This document shows, in pieces, positions 36,152-51,400 of a stretch of 64,000 bases of DNA (positions within the stretch are counted from its first letter, which is position 1; every line of letters starts with the position of its first letter). The notes under the pieces were generated by a model. The model did no database searches. It saw only the letters and a program-made list of their open reading frames with translations, and had not been told where the DNA came from. The position numbers and the translations under genes were made by a program. The DNA lies in assembly GCA_001938485.1 (NCBI GenBank), contig MQRK01238124.1:5376-69375 (forward strand), read 5' to 3'. This stretch comes from Girardia tigrina. Lineage: Eukaryota.

Positions 36152-36736
36152 ATTATAAATTTTATCAAAAAATTCACATATTATATCAAACAAAAATCAG
36201 AGTTTAAAATTTAAAAAAGCTTACGTTAAATAAAGCCGATATATTTTAATAGATAAATAATCAGTAAAAGTTTTTAAAATAAGAAATTTAAAATAAATAA
36301 TAAACAACATTAAATTTATAATAAAAGTCTACTACAAAATTATTTTTAAAGAAAATAAAATTAGGTTAAATAGTTTTACAAAATAATTTGAAAGAAATTA
36401 GAGCTTAGCCAAATTAAATTTAATAATTTTATTTGTAATTATAACATATTTTATCTATAAATTTTAATAATAAAAGGTTGAATGGAATAAAAATATCAAA
36501 AAATGATTTGTGTACATGCTGATAATGAAAACTGATAATGAAAAATTTATAAATTATAAATTTGCATTATAAATTTAATGTTGTTTATTATTTATTTTAA
36601 ATTTCTTATTTTAAAAACTTTTACTGATTATTTATCTATTAAAATATATCGGCTTTATTTAACGTAAGCTTTTTTAAATTTTAAACTCTGATTTTTGTTT
36701 GATATAATATGTGAATTTTTTGATAAAATTTATAAT
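36152..36736. repeat. Long inverted repeat, 171-bp arms with 243-bp spacer
   Basis: 36152-36322 is the reverse complement of 36566-36736, apparently without mismatch. Confidence 0.9.
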
Positions 36737-36794
36737 AAAATTTATCACATAAATAATAATTTCTATTTGTCATTTCCTAATTTTGTCGGATATA

Positions 36795-38018
36795 TTGGAT
36801 TGGCCAAAACGTCATTGCGTTTTTGAGTACGTCCTAATAAAAAGCTTGAAAATATAAAACGATGTGATAAAATTTAAATTCAATTATATATTCGGAAACC
36901 TTAATTTTCAGACTATGTTTATACAAAATATTAATTGATTTTGTTTTAATTTATTACTTTACCGTCAATTCGAAATGGAAAATCGAAATGTGCATATTCG
37001 TCATGTTTTGTTGCATTATTTTCGCAAAGGTTAAACCGCTGTGCAAGCTCATAAGAAGATATGCTTTGTATATGGTAGTGACTTCGACAGTGTCAATATT
37101 GGTTTTCTAAATTTCGTTCTGAAAAATTTCATCTGAAAGATGCACCACGCTCCGGTCGACCAGTTGAAGTTGATGGCGACAAAATAACAGCACTGATCAN
37201 NNNNNNNNNNNNNNNNNNNNNNNNNNNNNNNNNNNNNNNNNNNNNNNNNNNNNNNNNNNNNNNNNNNNNNNNNNNNNNNNNNNNNNNNNNNNNNNNNNNN
37301 NNNNNNNNNNNNNNNNNATTTGGTGAAACGTATAGACATTTGCGATTCCCTTTTGAAGCGAGAACAAAGTGATCCATTTTTGAAGCGCTTGATTACGGGT
37401 GACGAAAAATAGATTGTTTACAACAATGTGGAACGCGACGATCATGGTCAAAACGTGGTGAGCCTGCCAAAACGATCCCAAAAGCAGAAATTCACCAAAA
37501 GAAGGTTATGCTTTCCGTCTGATGGGATTTTAAGGGAATTGTGTGTTTTGAACTCCTTCCGAGGAATAAAACCATCAATTCAGACAGATATTGTGGTCAG
37601 CTGGAGAAATTGGCTCATTCAATTCAACAGGAACGTCCTGAATTGGCAAATCGAAAAGGAGTTGTAATTCATCATGATAACGGAAGACCGCATACAAGTT
37701 TGACCACTCGCCAGAAACTCTTATCACTGGGTTGGGAGGTTTGGCCGCACCCATCGGATTTTCACTTATTTACATCACTACAGAATTCCTTAAACAGAAA
37801 ACCATTCGCCAGTGGTGATGAAATCGTTCCTAGGCGGCTTTTTTTGCAGACAAAGGCAAAGGTTTTTATGAATCAGGAATAATGAAGCTACCGAAAAGGT
37901 GGAAGAAAGTGATTGAAAATAATGGACAGTATATCGTGTAAAAATATTTGTGCATCCATGTTATTTTTTGATAATAAATATTTTAGTAAAAAATGCAATG
38001 AATTTTTGGACAACCCAA
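36795..38018 (+). mobile_element. Full-length but inactivated mariner
   Basis: Both TIRs with TA TSD; MEN..HIRHV, ITGDEK*, HHDNGRPH; frameshifts; internal N gap. Confidence 0.95.
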
Positions 38019-38020
38019 TA

Positions 38021-38024
38021 CACA

Positions 38025-38092
<68 letters not shown>
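38021..38092. repeat. (CA)n(TA)n microsatellite
   Basis: Direct observation. Confidence 0.95.
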
Positions 38093-38095
<3 letters not shown>

Positions 38096-38166
38096 CTGTA
38101 GAATTTAGTTTCAACTACAAAATGGAATCACAGGCATGAAACAAAATAAAAGTAGACCCTTCTTAA

Positions 38167-38842
38167 CCTATATGGCGCCACTTTTACCTGATTGGGTACA
38201 GTGAAACAATTGAAGGTAGTTGTAATTTTTTTACTTATTGCCGCTGTTACTGATCGTTGTAGTAATTAATTGTAACAGTGTTTCGAAATAATTATAGTTT
38301 ATGCTGATACATTTTTGAAATCTGTATCTGTGAGGATTTTAACATCGTACATAGAGGTAAGTACTCAATAAAATTATTTTAAAGTTTGGTGTAAAATGTT
38401 ATATTTTATATATTGCTTTTATAGTGCAAAGACTTATTTTCAAATGAAATACTAAATAACTATTTTTTCATATATTTACATTGTAATTGAGCATGGAATT
38501 GTACTGTACCTAATTTTGTACAGCGGCCGAATTCATATAACGATTATTCGTCTTTTGTTTCAGATTTGTGTGATAATGAGTTCGAAGCGATTTAACGTTT
38601 CTGATCATTACAGTGGGTTAGAGGAAGCAGTCAACGCTGTTTTAGAACATAGTGATATTGATTGCGAATACGACTTTGCTGTTATCCCGCCAGCACCCAG
38701 CGTTGTCACAGATGAGGAAGAAGGTGCTGAAGAAGATATGGTTTATGTGATCTTACCACAAGAAGTGCCTGGTAATATTGAAGTATTTAGACCTGCTGAA
38801 GACATTGTTGAAAATGATGAATATACTGTAAATATACAGTAA
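38167..38842 (+). mobile_element. piggyBac 5' fragment (acidic N-terminus)
   Basis: TTAA-CC start; VIPP..VTDEEEG.E..LP.EVPGNIEV resembles PGBD2/3-like transposase N-termini. Confidence 0.6.
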
Positions 38843-39456
38843 TTATACAGCAGTAATTATATTAAATAGCAATTAGTCTACAAAGGATTCCCATATAATT
38901 CACTTGACAATTTAACACTCCGGAGGCTAGGGGATGAAAATATTACTAAATATTAACAAAATATTACTAAAATATTACTTGGAAGGGCTTATATAAATCA
39001 TTTATTTCATAAAAAGAAAAATTAGTTCATTCAATGTATTTAAAATGTATTTAAAATAAAGAACTAACTGTTTGCAAATTTTTTATCGGAAAGATATCTC
39101 ATTAATACATATTGAGGAGCAGAAATTGAGATATATTGTAAATTTGAAAGAGCTATAACTGAATAGTTGGATCTGACTTTAAATTTTTCTAACATTTTCT
39201 TTGCATCTGTCATAATCATATTGTTATCTCTGACCTTTTCCATATACGCATTGACATCTAACAAACGGACACTCAAAATGAAATGCACTTAAAAAACAAT
39301 CTAAAATGGATATTTTATGAAACAAAAATGTTAATACAAGCTTTTCAAACATTAAATTAAAAATTACTTCCGTTTCACTAAATAATTTATAAGACAAAAA
39401 TTGTTAGTCTTGGTGTTAAATTTACTACGAATATTCAAGATGATGGACTTTAAGGT

Positions 39457-39940
39457 TGTGGGGAATATTTTCAATTAAGCATGTTGAAATTAGTATGTTA
39501 AGTTTAGTATTTGGAAATGCCCTTCTCTCACCCAGGCGGAAAATTGATATTCATTGATGTTCGTGATGATTAATTGTACTAGCATGATTTACATTTTAAA
39601 TTACAATATAAGATATTTAAAAATTTAATTTATTAAAATATTAAATCATTAAATATTTGGAATATTAAAAAATTTTGATAAAATAAATAATATTAAACTG
39701 AATTTTAAACCATTTTTCGATAAAGTTATTGTTAAGTAACATTTTAAAAGTAAAATCTGAAAATAATTTAAATGTTTAAAATTAAAATTTGCTCGAATAT
39801 TTTTTTAAAACTATTTATTATCGAAAATTTTATCAATTTAGCTGCATATCGAATTACAAAAGTTTTACTGAGAATTTCCCCAAAAACAATTTAAACTGTG
39901 ATAAAAATAATTGTGGCAAATCATATTGGTGCTCTTAATA
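39457..39940 (+). mobile_element. Solo LTR (family A)
   Basis: TGTGGGGAATA...CTCTTAATA; TSD AAGGT/AAGCT. Confidence 0.75.
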
Positions 39941-40003
39941 AAGCTTAAATTTTAAATAATTTTTAAAAAGTAAAAGAAAAAACCCTAATTTTCTAATTAT
40001 ATA

Positions 40004-41905
40004 TGTTGTGACGATCAATGAAGAAAAAGAATAATAACTCTAAAAATCTTTTGTTATTTGAAAATCACCCACAAATGGATTTCAGATTTAGAACAGTAAA
40101 ACAACTGTTATTTTTAATAATAAATGCGGATAAATATTCGTCAATTGCCCGCACAGAGAATATAACTCCCGCCGAGACATGAATTCCGATAAATCTTTAA
40201 TTCTGATTTGGTTTGCTCGTTTCCAGGTGATCTCCCCCTCAAAATATTTTACTTCTAAACCAAGAACCCTCACACTGTTGTTATAGTTTACTCTCTCTGG
40301 TGGTTTACATTCTAGTCCAAATTTACCAAACATCTGTCGCACGTCTTCTGCTTTAACTTTAGGTTCATCCACGAAAATGTCATCAATATACAAACCCGTG
40401 GTGGCATTAATATTCTGATCTGATGACAAAACCTTTCTCACGAGTTCTGCCAAAAGCCGAATCCCATACGAGTTAGAGCAAGCTTTTTACCGTTAATGAT
40501 GCATAACTGGAAGCGCCACAAAGCTGGATCAACACAAATTTGCATATATGCTTTTGAAAAATCCATTATTGCGAATTCGTTACTTTTTCTCCTCTACTCG
40601 CGTAATTTTCACGGGCATACATCAAAGATCTGCTGTAAATGTCAATGTATTTGTTTACTTCTCTGAAATCAAAAATTGGTCTGATTTTTTCTTTGTTCAC
40701 CTGAACGATACCGTAAATAGGAATTGCTCCCACTGATTTACCCATCTGCCTCTCATTGTACTCGAACAAATAACCCCGTTTCACCCACTCTTCCAAAATA
40801 TCCATTGTTAGTCTATCTTTTGATTTTGAATCTTTCAATCGCATCTGTCTGTTCGATAAATATTCCGGTGCGTTGGACTTCCAATCTCAGTAGACTGCCC
40901 ACTCTCTGTCGAACTGGATCCTGAAGTTATGTTTTTCGATAACCACCTCCTCGAAACCCGCTTTTGCTGAATTATAACTCGTGCTGACACTGCAGAAATT
41001 TGATAATTCTGAATTAACTCCAAACTTTACGTACCTGTTACGAAGCACGATTCTCCTCAACTTCTCAATTGCTTCCATTCCCAACAACAAATCCAAACTC
41101 TCTAGCAATTCATTCATAACTATACAATCCAATCTTAACTCTTTTTAATCACAGATCATATCGATAATACAGGACCCCACCGAAATTTCTGTTCCATTGG
41201 CCAACATGAACTTGTCATCGCCCCATCTTATAGTAGATTCTTCCACTTTGCTCCTCCTGACGACCGATCGGGAGCAGCCAGTGTCCACCAGAGCCTGATC
41301 CATTTTCCCTTAACCATGCACTGAACCAATGGAAGTGCCTTTACTTCTGTCGAGAAGCCTCTGGCACTGACGACTTCTCGCTGGTGTTTTTTGCCCAACA
41401 GTTTCTGGCGATATGACCATTTTTATTGCATCTAAAACAAGTAATATCATTATTTCGAACTATAGGACTTTTACTGCGGTCGGTAACCCCGCTAAAAACG
41501 CCGCAATTTCTAAATTTTCAACCTTTCATCTAATAGATGAAATACTTTCGAAGGACTTCTCTGCTGTTCGTCTGAAAGCTTCATTAATATACTCAGGGCC
41601 GACCCACTTTAAACGAACGGAAATAGCACTGAAACGTCCTTCATTTGTTGCATCGAAGTCATCACTGTGAATTGTTTCTTCCATATTTCCCACGAATTGT
41701 CTCCGTTGAATTTATCGATACATTCGAGAATCAACTTGATGCTTGCCATTGCCAAGATAGCTTGTTGGGACGATTAATGAAGAAAAAGAATAATAACTCT
41801 AAAAATCTTTTATTATTTGAAAATCACTCACAAATGGATTTCAGATTTAGAACAGTAAAACAACTGTTACTTTTAATAATTAATAAATACGCTATACATA
41901 TTACA
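40004..41905 (-). mobile_element. Internally deleted short-LTR retrotransposon (gag-PR-RT)
   Basis: 143-bp 5' LTR 41763-41905, partial 3' LTR 40004-~40125, TSD ATATA; gag MASIKLILECIDKFNG; ALVDTGCSRS; IRPIFDFREVN; YIDD. Confidence 0.93.
41751..41762 (-). promoter_or_regulatory. Non-canonical primer-binding site complementary to a tRNA 5' end
   Basis: AGCTATCTTGGC right after the LTR CA; complement GCCAAGATAGCT has the tRNA nt 1-12 pattern N7-TAGCT. Confidence 0.65.
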
Positions 41906-42479
41906 ATATAAAAATACTGTAGAGAATATTTATTTTGTTTCTCAATTTTTTTTATTAGTTATGGCTTCCGCATTTAGCAATATTGGTGTTCGTAATTGTA
42001 GGGAACCCTAGATATAATGATTTACAAGTAATTCTCTTCTAACAATTAATAAAGCTAGTAAAAATAATTTGGAAATCATTTCTGTTTATCCAAATCTAGA
42101 AATAATAATATACTATATCTGCTTCAGTTGTAAATTTAACACATTGTTGATTGCCAATTTTACGCTGAGACTTTTATATAACCGGCTTTTATTTCGTAAT
42201 TCAATATGGAAGTGAAACAATATAAATAACCTTCAATAATCTTTTTTATAATAAAAGGGACACGTTTAAATACTATGAACAAAGCTTTTGCAGTATTCTT
42301 TGTTTACCTGGGTTTCATAAATTGAAATAGCTAATGCGAGTACAAACATGAGTTAACTTGTGATTGGTCAACAATGTTTAATTGTGAAAATCATGTAAAA
42401 TAAATAAGACAAATGAATTTTAGATCATACTATTATTTTGTTATTTTATTGTATCTTTTTATTTATAATAAAATTTTAC

Positions 42480-45400
42480 TTTCTAAAATAGATTCACCAA
42501 ATAAAATAAATGGTCCTCCTTCTAGATTAAGACCATCGGTACTTATTTCTACAGAAACTTTTCCTTGAAGAATTAGAATCGCTTTAGTCATAAATTTTCC
42601 TTTCTCAATTATTTTGTTGAGTTTAACGTTTTCTAGTCTAAAGAATATTGATAGAAGTCATAAATTATAGTTAACATTACTTATAGATGTAGTTGGAAAC
42701 AATTTTCGATTTCAGTAAACTGGTTAAGACAGATTCCGTTACGTATGTTTCACTAAATGATGAAATACCTATGGAAAAGTAAATCATCTTATTAATTCAA
42801 TTTAAATATTTAATTATTCTATCAAAGAAGAACTTACCCAAACGTTTCCAAAACTTAATACAATAAAGACAAAACAAAAAAAGAAAAATAGGGTATTATG
42901 AGAATTGATGGTTCAAATATTTCTATGGTAATATTTAAAAATACTTAAAAATAAATATAAAATTTTCTTATTTAAAACTATTAGACTATTCGCCAGACTC
43001 AGCAATATATTGCTCTAATACAGGAAGTAAATCTTCTTCATCAAAATTTTCGGAATCTGTATCTCAGAATCCCTTCCTTTATGATCTTTATTTGTTTGAC
43101 TAACACTTTTATAACTATAAGCGTCACAATCTTAAAGTCATTTTATTTGGTGTATAATATAATGTATTATTTTTTTACTTTTTTCTTTTAATTTTATTAT
43201 ATTATTTTTAACATTTTCATGCCGATGCAATGTCGAGAAATTCCTGCGAAATGTGTGTACAATGTCAGACGATGCACGAAGAAGCTAAGAAAGGAAAATT
43301 AAAACAAGAATATTAGCCCTTGACGATGAATCACAAGATATCAGATGGCAAAAAGATAATGATGAGATAAACCAAATTAGAGAAGATCTTAGAACTGGGA
43401 AAACAAAGAAATTGATACTGAAAGATAATATCGTGACGACAATGGATAACAAATACTGGAGTTAGATGGTAGAACTTTGATAAGGAATGTAGAATGGCTA
43501 AAGCCATTTAAATCGAGGGTGATGTGAAGAATATTTTTGAATGGTGCTTATTGTATGTTGTTTGGTATGTTGTTTTAGGATCATGTTTCTCCCACCCAAA
43601 TGGAAGATTGATATTTTAAATATTTTAAAACGTCGGGTTATTTAATAAATTATTAAATTTTAAACAACCAATTTTAAAGTAAATTAATATTTCATAAATA
43701 ATATTTTAACAATAATTTTCTTAAAATAAATAAAATTTATTTTAATTTAAAGTATAAATTATTTTGTAAAAATTAAATTGTAATTTAAATTTGTTCGAAT
43801 AATAAGACGTTAAAGAATATTATTAAAAATATTATCAATCAAGAACGATATCGAGTTACGCAAGTTTTACGGAGAATTGTTCTAGTAACAATTCAAATTG
43901 TGATGCAAATAAATGTATGAAAATTCAATTAATGTTCCTAATAGTTACTATGAGTGGTTAGTTTAAATTTTACATTTCGCCAAAATAGTTTATTATTTTT
44001 TTAATTTGAAAATTAAAAAATGTAAATTAAAAAAAAAATAAAATGTAAAGTCAAATATAATAAAAATTAAATACTTATTTAAAATATGCTTGCAATCATA
44101 AAAATTGATAAATTTTAATAAAAGTTATGAAATAAGTTTAAATAAATTTTAAAATAGATAATTAACGGATTAATATTTTAATAAATAATTTTTTAATAAA
44201 AGGCTTACTATAGTAAATTTAAATAAATTAGTTTTTATGATAAAGTTTTTTAAAAATGTAAAAATTATTTTAAAGTTTAAAATTTAGCAAATTTTCAAAA
44301 TTTAATCGAAAAAATTTAATAGATTAATTTTGGGCGAAATAATTGAAATAACAAGAAATTTGTTTAAATATGTGAATTGTTGATGTTAATAAATTTTGTG
44401 GTGTTAAATTATGATTTCGGAATTTGATAATAATGAAAGTTGCATTTGTTATTGTTACAATTTTACAAGTCGTTGGGTGCTTTTGTCGGGGTGCTATTAT
44501 TTATAATAAAAGCCCAAGTCACTCACTGCCTGCCTCACTGCCTCACTAACGCTGTAAGGTAAATTTTTGAAATGATTTTATAATCAATAAAGAAATGATT
44601 GTATATTAATAAATAAATATTAGAATGAATGCGATTTTTGTAACCGTAATTTCTTAAATATCATTTTGTCTCGAGATATGATTTTCAAATTTGCATTAAA
44701 CAGAAATAAAAACTTTTTCTATACGATTTTTTATACTCGAAACACTGAAATTTTCAATAAAAATGCTTTCAGAAAAAAGTCGCGTGATCTAATAACATTG
44801 AACCCCCGGTAAGAGAGGGCCGCGAAGCGGGCCGAGCGCGCTAGTTATTTATACTATCATAATATTTTTTTAAATCACAAATAATATAAGATTTACAAAT
44901 TTTTGTTTTATAAAAATTCAAAACGTCCTTTAATATTTGGGATTTAAACAATATATTAATAGTAGAAATAATTATACTTTCTGTTAAGAATTTAAACAAA
45001 AATTTCAAAAAGTCGGCTCTTTTGTCATGTGATGATTTTGTCGGGGCGATTTTATCAGTGGGCGCTTTTGTCGGTTCACCGTTTCGATGATGTATCGTGA
45101 CGAAAATCGAGATTCACAAACACAACATAGCCGTCTAATCGAAAATTTCAAATAATAATTGCATTATTTTGACATAGAAGAATGATTAAAGCAAATTGCA
45201 TGTGATTACAGTGGTAAATCGAGCAATTAGTGACAAGATTTTTAAATTCTTGTATGGAAGATCGACTGAGCTAGATGGTTTTGAAAACCCCACAGACCAG
45301 GAACACTCCACGAATGTGGCAGAGTTGCTGTGACACAACTGCAACAACCATGTTATTATAAATTGATATAAAATGTCTATAAACCGTTAAACAAAAGAAA

Positions 45401-48400
45401 TTAACAGTTTTCATGTAGCAAAGGTAAGTAAAGATGTTTCACCTTAAATGAATAGGCAGAGGAACGTGTTTTATGTTACGAAATTTCAAAATATATTTCT
45501 AACTTTTACTCATATATTCCAGAGTTGCTCTGTATAAATAAGGTGATAGATTTTGGCTCGTGGAGCCCGATCCAAAATTACCAATGTTGTTGCTCCTCCA
45601 GTCTTTCTTTCTTTCTCGCAGTGTATTGTTGTCTATTTTAAATTACCTTAAATTCATTAATAAAATATTGTTTAAATTTTACAAAAAATATCAGTTTCAT
45701 CAACTATTTCGTCTTGAATAATTTCTTCAATGACATCCTCTAAAGTAATTAAACCGATCATTTGTCGATAGGGATCGCCGTCTTCTGTTGTTATTACAGT
45801 TTCTATAAAAGCTATATGAGCTTTTCCTGAAAAGTTACATGAAATAAAGTAATATAAACTTAATTATATATTAAAACAAAATGTATTATAAGCCTCATCC
45901 GTCTGGACGGATGACTGAGTATCGTGGAGACTACAATACCAGTATTGCAGTGCAGGGTAGTTATTCATAGACTCTGTATAGGGTAGAAACAATAAATAAA
46001 CAATAGAGCTTACTGACTTTCTAGCACGACTTTAGATGCAAGAATGCGAGCTTTCAGTGCACGTACACACTTCGATTTCCCAGTCAGAAAGGAACAGTCA
46101 TGATATTTCATACAGTGATTCTGTTGAGCTTTGGCTATGTAAACACATTTCGTTCAATAAGTAAAAGGACATCTAAATATACCCAGATCATTTGTATTAC
46201 CACAAAATGTATTAATCTTTTAACAACCGGTCTCGAATATAATTCTGACACAGATCAATTCTACTCTTACACCCTTCATAATCTCTCAAACATTAGATAT
46301 ACGAGTATGATTCCTTCTAATAAATATGTATAGATTGCTAATCAGAAAAAATGTAATTCAAAAATTAGCCTCCGTATTTGTTCTTTTGTTTCTTTCAAAA
46401 GAAATATGAGAATATCACTGTGAATAAATTGTCCCTATCTTAATACTTTTTCATTATAGTGAAAATTATATGGTGAAAGCTGTTTCAGGAAAATGCAATC
46501 TTAATATTAAAAATATCAATGTTCCCATTTTTCTAAGGCAAAGGTTGAGTTATCTTCACTTGTTGAAAAAGATATTCCTTCTTCATGTAGGGTATATTGA
46601 CATCAACGATTTAAGAATATATCTCCTCGTCAATATCTATTAATTTATCGATAGATGTTAAAAATCTTTTTTTTATCTAGTAAATGATTATGCAACCACT
46701 TTAGGGGCAGCTTCTTCCTCTTTTGGTATTATGTGTCTCCCCGACGAGAAAGTCAATAAAATCGGTGAGCGGATCAAACATGACAAGATAAAACAGAACA
46801 ATGACACAACAGAACATTTATTTATTTGTTCTTTATCTACTACACATATTAAGATTTATTAATTGATGTGAAAGAAACAAAGCTTCGACAAAGTCAATCT
46901 AAATCTTTTATCTATTTTTATTATATTTTTTTTGCCATACTTTCTTCCACTTTTGATTATCGAATGGAGCTGAAATTTCGCAATCTTATTAATTTCCGAT
47001 TACATTTTATATTTATGTAAGTTGTAACGAAAGTCAAAAACAATTTTTTTCCTAATGTCAGTAAAGTGCTTAAGATTAAAATAGTTTAAATGATTTGAAT
47101 GGCGGTTAAAATATTTGGTGCTGAAAAGTAAGTAATGCATGAATTGAAAGCAAGAAATGAAAATGTAACAGTCAACCTTTATGTACATAATGTTGTAAGG
47201 GTAGTGTTGATTACTCGACTCGGTAAGTTGAAGAAAGACATGTTGGAGGCTTGTGAACGTCTCACCTTGAATGACTGCATACAACCATTTGGGTCGTTCT
47301 TTATAGAGGCGGCAACTGTCTCTGTCGATATCTGTCCTAATCGTTGGATTGATTTTTTTAGAAATATGTTTTGGTCACGTTGATATTCATTAAATTGGAT
47401 TAAACATGTGAAAATTTGATGTCGATTTCTGCGGGACAAATTAATTAAATTAGTGAGCACCAAAGTTTACATAATTGAAAATGTTGGATCTTTAATGTAC
47501 TGTTTACGAACAGATATTTGATTCATTAATATGACCAACACCCCCCCTTTATATACTTCTGTTTTGTTTTTATTAATATTTTATATATCTTCAAATTCAT
47601 GAATTTAATGGTTAAATCAATTGTCAGTTCTCTTCCTGATGGAATTTTTTTATTATTTTGATGACTTTTTCACATTTTAATATTATAAAGTTCTTTGGTG
47701 AATAAAGATTTTCTATTTCCTATCCAACATTACAGAATTTACAATTAACGACATCAAAATACAAAAAGCTCCACCTTGTTTGAATTCGTTTAGTATTTCT
47801 GGTAATTTTACATCGTCGGGTACAATGAGAATTGGGTGATTGTAAAATTTACAGATGGTGGACACAGGTGTATTATCTTGGGGGTCTATAAATAGTAAAT
47901 CTTTTATATTTAAAAGACCCTTAATATTATTTTTGTCTGTCTCGTAAATTGGTATTCTTGTAAATCCATTACATACAATTTCCTTCATTAAGTTATAATC
48001 TAACACGGCATTATTACTGATCATATATGCATGACTGATGGGGGTCATTACGTCTACTACCGTTTTATCTGTTAAGGTTAACGCACTCGATATTATTTCC
48101 ATCTCGTCTTTCTGGACCATACCAAACTTTTCCTAAAATAATGTCAAAATAATAACCATGTATAAATTATATTATTATTGATAATATTGTTTACATAATA
48201 TTAATATAATGAAAATTGAAATATATGTATATATATATATACATATATACAGGGAACCTCTAATAGACGGATACATTCGGGATGTCTATTAATGTCCAGT
48301 TTATAAAGGTGGCCGGATTTCTGAATTTCATGCCTACTTTTCAAAACATTGTATGTACATATTTTATAAAATATAAAAGTGCTCTATAATATAGAGTGAG

Positions 48401-51400
48401 ACTTCTGCTTTTTTTAATTACTTTTTTATACTTTAATTGCATACTTTATTTTAAATATTAGAAAATTAATATGCATTTCCCAAAAAAGGAAAAAAGTTAA
48501 TTTTTGCTAATACACATTCAATTAAAATTCAAATAGACAGTTTGTATATTTAAAACACATGACACGTACATAAAAATGATTAAGAACATACATTCTTAAT
48601 CAGTTATAAAAGTTAAACATCACACATTACTTAAGGTGGTATGAAGAAATCTTTTGTTCTCTTTTGCTTTTTAGAATTAGCGCTGTATTCAATAATCTGG
48701 TCTTTCCAAACAATCAAATATTCTACAGCAATATTCAATTCATGGTCTACGAAAAAATGCTTTAAGTCATTTAAATAGGTTGAAGCCTCGGCAATGGTTT
48801 TAATTGTAACTTGTCGTATGTCTTGCTTATCAGAAAGTTGATCTGAAAGCTCCGATGTTTGCCAAGTAACTTCTTCAATTAGCCTTGACTGCCAGTCATC
48901 ACTCAGCATTTCTATCTCTGCAACTTTACCATCTACTGTTCCGTAGGATAACACCAAAGAATCTTCATTGTTTTGATGAACACCTGAACACTGGAAAAAC
49001 ATTACGTTGATGTCATCATTTGAATCTTGAACGATTTCATTTGCATTTGAGTTTCAGGCTGTTTTTGTGAAACCACAAGTAATAAAACATTTTGTAACAG
49101 TCAATGTTTTAACATCTTTGGTTGAAGCTGCTATCCAATAAATTGCGTTCAACAGACTCACTGATTTACTTGTAGCTGATACGTTGTTTGTTGAATCAAA
49201 TTTGATAAGTACTGTAGCTAGCAACCGTTTTCTGTAATGAGATTTAAAAGTTTGTATCACACCATTGATCGAGCGATTACAATACAGATGTGCAGTTTAG
49301 AGTTAAATTCCTTCAATCAGGTAATATAAATTTCTGACGTCATCCAGGCCTTTCGATTAAATTTCCAGATGATTGAAAGCTGACCAATATTAAGGTTTTT
49401 AAAACAGTGCGGTTTTGAGCAGTTCCCAATTACAAGAGACTTTTCAAATTCCAAAATCATATTTACATACAAGAGAACAGTTACACGACTCGTACTTTGC
49501 TTTCTGCCTACTCGATCATCACCAGTAGAAACTAATGATCTATCCGGAAGAGCTTGAAAACATAAACCCGTTTCATCCATATTAAACAAATTTTCTGGAC
49601 TATATCTTTCAAGAATCTCTGGAAGTCGTTTTTTTCCAATCATCAACAGTATTCGGATTAACACTTACTCTTTCACTATATAAGACAGCTTCGCTTATTT
49701 GATGGCGCTATTTGAAGTTTTGTAGCCATGCGTTTGACGCTTCGAAGTCATCATTTTGCAGTTTTTTGACTACTTGTAAAGCTGTTTCCTAGATTAGAGG
49801 TCAACTAATAGGAAGATTATGACAACGCGCTCTGGAACACCATTTGTATAAAACTACATTTAACTGCTCATGCAAACTACTTCTAAACATGCAAATGCGT
49901 TTTCTGTCTTTGTTTTGGTTTTCCTCATATGCGGCTAAAAACTCAGCTATTCGCTTCAAAATGTTGCTTGCTTGCCTTTTTCCTTTATTAAATTCTTTAG
50001 CCACTTTTCGACAGCTTGTCCCACCTGTTTCATAACATTTTATCAATTTAAATTTTTCAGCTAAGGTTAATTCTCTTCTATCGGTTTTTGGAACCTTTGA
50101 GTTTGACTTATATGTATTATTATTATCATTGTTTGACGTTGAGTTCATTATGAGAAAAACATTAAAAATAAATTACCAGCAGATTGTTTCCTATTTATTA
50201 ATCTAATTTGTATAAAATTTATTACATATTCTTAACATTCAATGTGTAATAGTTATGTCATCCAATCTAGAACAGCATAAAATTCAACATGCATGCAATA
50301 TGTTTTGTGTGCAAACCTCATTTATGTGAAATTCATATCAAATATCAACAATTATGCTGTCTGCTGTTAGAGGTCATTTCGCATGTAGTGTAATAAACTT
50401 TGAAAACTTTTTTGTCCGTTGTCCGGAGTGAAGAGTGTCCGTATCCAAGAGCTGATTCAATACACATTAAATCACAGGCATTAATGTTGCCTGTAACTTT
50501 TTCCGTTCTTGAGAGGTGTCTGACTACAAGAGGTTTCCGGATAGAGAAGTTCAAATGTATATATGTACCCATGGAATTTAGATACCTATTTTTGAAGTCT
50601 TTTTACTCAATCAATTTTCTGCAAACTTTGCACACTTACTCATTTTCAGGGACAATAAATGATAATGTGAAAATTTGATCAAATTAGTAAATCAAAAAAC
50701 CTTTTTTGCAAAAAACATTTTGCAATTAACCATAAATGTTTAAACAGTATTAAATAGAAATGTTTTGCATTTTTTCATCATATGTTATTAGTAATTATTA
50801 AATTGCAAAATGGAGTTGTAAAAATTTTTTTGATGATAGCAGACATTTGAATGTTCGTGCAATTTTATTGCAATTAGACATCCATAAATATCTGTGCCAA
50901 TAATTTTTCATGTTGATTTATAAATGAAAAAAACTTGGTAAATGGATCCCACATAACCTGACAGAAGCATAGAAAGAACATCGTGGTTTTGTTTGTAGAT
51001 TAAATTATGATCAATATACACAAGGTAATTCACTCCTAGAGCAAGCTCATACTATTAATGAGTGCAGAGTTTCTTTTTACATAGCAGCAGCTAAGTCACA
51101 ACAAAGAGTTTGACTGGTCCCTAACAGATCAGGTCTTTCTGTGCCTCAAAGACACTTATTTAAATAATGTCAATAGATTTTATGGAATTTATTTCTGGCA
51201 ACTTTTACTTGAGAGAACAACAGTCTAAGCTGACGTGTACAAAAATGTTTTGAACATAAAAATTACATCTTAGCTGCATTGAAATGTATCTTCTTCTTAA
51301 TCAAAGAAAATTTGTTTGAGAGCATCTTTGTATTACAAAAATTAGATCAAATGGAACATAGGAAGTGAAATAAATGTTTGTAAGCAAAGAAAATTAGAGC

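Noticed and set aside
45882-46114. Solo LTR (TGTAT...ATACA with AATAAA)
   Set aside because: No TSD and no second copy in the window; insufficient support
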